DNA from: Acidobacteriota bacterium
GTDB lineage: Bacteria; Acidobacteriota; Thermoanaerobaculia; Multivoradales; JAHZIX01
Assembly (NCBI GenBank): GCA_034211275.1
Contig: JAXHTF010000006.1
Coordinates: 17,361-81,360, forward strand
Direction of reading: 5' to 3'
DNA: 64,000 nt
Positions 61,752 through 64,000 of the stretch are shown piece after piece. The notes under the pieces were generated by a model that saw nothing but the letters and a program-made list of their open reading frames with translations, had not been told where the DNA came from and made no database searches. The translations under genes were made by a program, and so were the position numbers. Numbering within the stretch: the first letter of the stretch is position 1; the number at the start of each line of letters is the position of its first letter.

Positions 61752-62642
61752 TCAAGAGCTGGTCGCCTCAGGTACCTTGCCCAGGCTCTGAATCACTTCG
61801 GGAGTTGTGATCAGGATGGGTGTTAGCTGGTCGACGGTTTCGCTCCTATCCCCTTTGTCATCGACCGCGAAGCTGACGCCGTCCACCCGCACAGCCGCTG
61901 TCTCGCCGCATCCTGAGCACAGCCAATTGTGCACTCGAAGTATGACCGAGTCGTATTCCGTTGCATAGGCAAGCTGTGCCAGCTCGCTGACCTCTCCAGC
62001 CCTGAGTCGAGCGAATTGCTGTTCTGACTCGGGCATCTGGAGCCCGGGCGCATTCTGCTTCGTGGACGCCGTACACCATGAGCTGCACTTTTCGCAGAAG
62101 ACATAGTCACTCGCGAGTCTGGATGCGATCCAGGGCGTGCCGACAATCACGACCAGAGCTTCAATGCCCCAGAAGATCCAGAGGATTGTCCCCTTGGGGG
62201 TCCAACTCTTGAGGGTGTACCAACCCTCGGCGTTGATGGCCACAGCAATGTCCTTGATCGTCAGTGGAGAAAGCAAAAGGCCCACGAGTGACCCCTCGAA
62301 GTTCGCCGTTGAACGAGCGATCAAAGCGTACTCAAACGCTGCCCATGAAAAATAAAAGGCCAGTAGCCCAACTACCAGCCCAAGTGCCTTGATGAATAGA
62401 GGGTTACGGCATTGTGAGATCTTGCAGGCCCACGCGGTTGAATAACCCAAGGCTGCTGCCAATGCGCCGAGGATGAACACCGAGATGTAGCCGACTATCG
62501 GGAGGTAGACCAGAAGGTAGCCGTACGCGACAGCGAGAACGACTGCGGCAGCTACCGACAGGGCAGGTGCTAGGAGCGGCGAGAGGCCGAGGTTTCCTGA
62601 TGGCTGATACACACTCCCGGTTGGTAGAGCTTGGTGTTGCAT
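61752..62642 (-). CDS. Hypothetical polytopic membrane protein with a C-terminal Cys-rich (zinc-ribbon-like) tail; located between the 245-bp direct repeats.
   Basis: Start is taken at the Met at 62642 (MQHQALPTG…; cat verified). 6-7 TM helices. C-terminal ...CEKCSSWC... and ...CSGCGETAAVRVDG. The longer track ORF starts at TTG 62828. Confidence 0.5.
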   Translation of the reverse strand: MQHQALPTGSVYQPSGNLGLSPLLAPALSVAAAVVLAVAYGYLLVYLPIVGYISVFILGALAAALGYSTAWACKISQCRNPLFIKALGLVVGLLAFYFSWAAFEYALIARSTANFEGSLVGLLLSPLTIKDIAVAINAEGWYTLKSWTPKGTILWIFWGIEALVVIVGTPWIASRLASDYVFCEKCSSWCTASTKQNAPGLQMPESEQQFARLRAGEVSELAQLAYATEYDSVILRVHNWLCSGCGETAAVRVDGVSFAVDDKGDRSETVDQLTPILITTPEVIQSLGKVPEATSS

Positions 62643-62852
62643 AGAAACTCCTGAACTGGCTGGCAGCATTCGTCTACTCCTCGGGAAGCGGACGGAGCGG
62701 AACGCTTTGTGGATGGTCGGTCGGCTCGAAAAATGTCGATGAAGTGCAAACCTCATCAGGTCGAATTTCGAGCCGACCCAAAAAATGCCGAAGAGTTCAG
62801 AATACAGCTCGTAGCTCTTATGTGTCAATATTTATCTTCTGAAGAGATCGTC

Positions 62853-63098
62853 GCCATGCGCTCCCAGGCCAACACCGCCCGGATCTTCGAGTCCAAGCCG
62901 ATGCTGATGAAGCTGAGGGAGCTCGAGGTCCTGGGAAAGGTGGCCGACCGCGCCAACCTCAGCGTCGTTCTCGGCGAGACCGGTCTCTCCGAGCGTGTGC
63001 TGAAGATGATCTGAGGGCGTCGGGGTGTTCGCCCCGTCGGTCTTGGAGGACTGCCGCCCGGGGAGGTTTTTGCCTTCCTGGGCGGCTTCTTTTTGGTG
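62853..63098. repeat. Direct repeat copy B; it also creates an ORF fragment (62709-63014) ending with a duplicated SPFH C-terminus.
   Basis: ...AMRSQANTARIFESKPMLMKLRELEVLGKVADRANLSVVLGETGLSERVLKMI* is almost identical to the SPFH C-terminus and is followed by the same terminator. Confidence 0.8.
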
Positions 63099-63301
63099 TG
63101 CTGGGTAGCAGGGCTGCTCCGCCCAGATTCCAACCTTGAGGCTGCCTATGTGGCAGGCTGATATCTGCCTACGCGACCTCGGTCTGCGCTGGATAGCCAG
63201 CAGAGAGTACCCAGTCTGGGTTGCGCGCCGGTTTACCGCGGCGCTTGCCTGATTGCACGTAATCACGGTTAGCGGTATAGTTGCTTCGAGGTGGCTCAGT
63301 A

Positions 63302-63598
63302 GTGATTGTTTCTTTTGGTGACAAGGCGACGGAAGACCTCTTCCACAATCGGAAGACCCGCAGGGTTCGGCAGTACCCGCCGGAGATACTCCGTGCCGCG
63401 TTGCAGCAACTCGACATGCTGAACTCCTCTCGCGACCTGCGGGACCTTCGTTCACCCCCGGGGAACCGACTTGAGCTCCTCAGGGGAGATCTCAAGGGCT
63501 TCCACAGCATTCGAATCAACAACCGTTGGCGCTTGATCTTCGTGTGGAAGGGCGCCGATGCTCACGACGTCCGCATCGTCGATTACCACCGCGACTGA
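63302..63598 (+). CDS. higB: HigB-type (RelE/ParE superfamily) toxin.
   Basis: VIVSFGDKATEDLF...LKGFHSIRINNRWRLIFVWKGADAHDVRIVDYH matches plasmid-maintenance killer HigB (SIRIN.QWRI.F.W......V.I.DYH). Start is probably GTG at 63302; the track start is TTG at 63281. Confidence 0.7.
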   Translation: MIVSFGDKATEDLFHNRKTRRVRQYPPEILRAALQQLDMLNSSRDLRDLRSPPGNRLELLRGDLKGFHSIRINNRWRLIFVWKGADAHDVRIVDYHRD

Positions 63599-63610
63599 AA
63601 GGTAGGAACA

Positions 63611-63898
63611 ATGCTACCCGAGAACCGAATCCCTACTCATCCCGGAGAGATTCTTCAGGAGCACTTTCTGGAACCTTTAGAGCTAACCCAGGTCGCCCTC
63701 GCTGAGCACCTCGGGGTCCCGGTACAGCGAATCAACGAGATTGTTCGTGGTAAGCGGGGTGTTACTCCTGCAACCGCCTGGCTCCTGTCTCAAGCTTTTG
63801 ACACCACCCCAGAGTTTTGGATCAGCCTGCAGGCGAACCATGACCTGGCAGTCAATCGCCCCAGCAAGGAGATTCCTCGCTTGCAGAGGGCTGGCTAG
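63611..63898 (+). CDS. higA: HigA antitoxin (XRE-type HTH).
   Basis: IPTHPGEILQEHFLEPLELTQVALAEHLGVPVQRINEIVRGKRGVTPATAWLLSQAFDTTPEFWISLQANHDL matches the HigA family. It begins 12 nt after higB. Confidence 0.75.
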   Translation: MLPENRIPTHPGEILQEHFLEPLELTQVALAEHLGVPVQRINEIVRGKRGVTPATAWLLSQAFDTTPEFWISLQANHDLAVNRPSKEIPRLQRAG

Positions 63899-63902
63899 CA
63901 GC

Positions 63903-64000
63903 CCGTGGTGAAAGTCGAGCCGCGCTGCGAGCGGCCCTTTTCCGCCGAATCTTCGTTCGAAAACCTCGCCGATACCCGCATCGCCTGCGGTTTTCTGGCC
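63903..64000. repeat. MITE-like element copy 2 (truncated by the window end).
   Basis: ccgtggtgaaagtcgagccgcgctgcgagcggcccttttccgccgaatcttcgttcgaaaacctcgccgatacccgcatcgcctgcggttttctggcc, compared with 56442-56540. Confidence 0.6.

Overview
The window is a high-GC (roughly 65-70%) bacterial chromosomal segment, probably from a Deltaproteobacteria/Myxococcota- or Acidobacteria-like genome.

Left core (1-19.5 kb): part of an S41 peptidase gene, tatA/B-tatC, a sulfatase, and a minus-strand LPS/Kdo cluster in the order pyrG-kdsA-kdsD-unknown-kdsC, with kdsB nearby. A ~1.4-kb IS200/IS605-like Y1 (HUH) transposase element sits between kdsB and a UbiB/ABC1 kinase gene. This is followed by corA, several secreted hypotheticals, a LolA-like protein, purH and tRNA-Phe(GAA).

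Island (19.6-52.5 kb): a ~32.9-kb genomic island integrated at the tRNA-Phe 3' end. The evidence is a ~110-bp direct repeat of the tRNA 3' half plus downstream sequence at 19580-19693 and 52375-52488, with a P4-type tyrosine integrase next to the right copy.
- Cargo near attL: two giant repeat-rich secreted proteins (1484 and 1292 aa).
- Mobilization module: MobC, a MobA-like relaxase, a hairpin-rich oriT-like intergenic region, a T4CP-like ATPase without a membrane anchor, and a CHC2/TOPRIM primase.
- Unusual genes: a RadC/JAB protein fused to an H-NS-type C-terminal DNA-binding domain, preceded by a UPF0175-like gene.
- Additional recombination genes: two more tyrosine recombinases, one sitting right after an orphan tRNA 3'-end fragment.
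- Low-GC (~45-52%) defence-like modules: an RloC/PrrC-like AAA_13 ABC ATPase with CxxC zinc hook, bracketed by the two recombinases; a large PD-(D/E)xK nuclease-like protein plus a membrane protein; a three-gene operon with no recognisable domains; and a 605-aa membrane protein.

Right core (52.5-64 kb): an MltF-like lytic transglycosylase, a metallophosphoesterase, small membrane or secreted proteins, a VOC protein, a compact promoter/32-codon ORF/terminator unit, tandem tRNA-like sequences with an odd anticodon, an SPFH/band-7 gene whose last ~245 bp is directly repeated 1.3 kb downstream, higBA, and two copies of a ~150-bp TIR-bearing MITE-like repeat.

The best candidates for undescribed biology are the low-GC cargo modules of the island and the recombinase-bracketed RloC locus. 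All protein calls come from motif recognition by eye; no database search was run.
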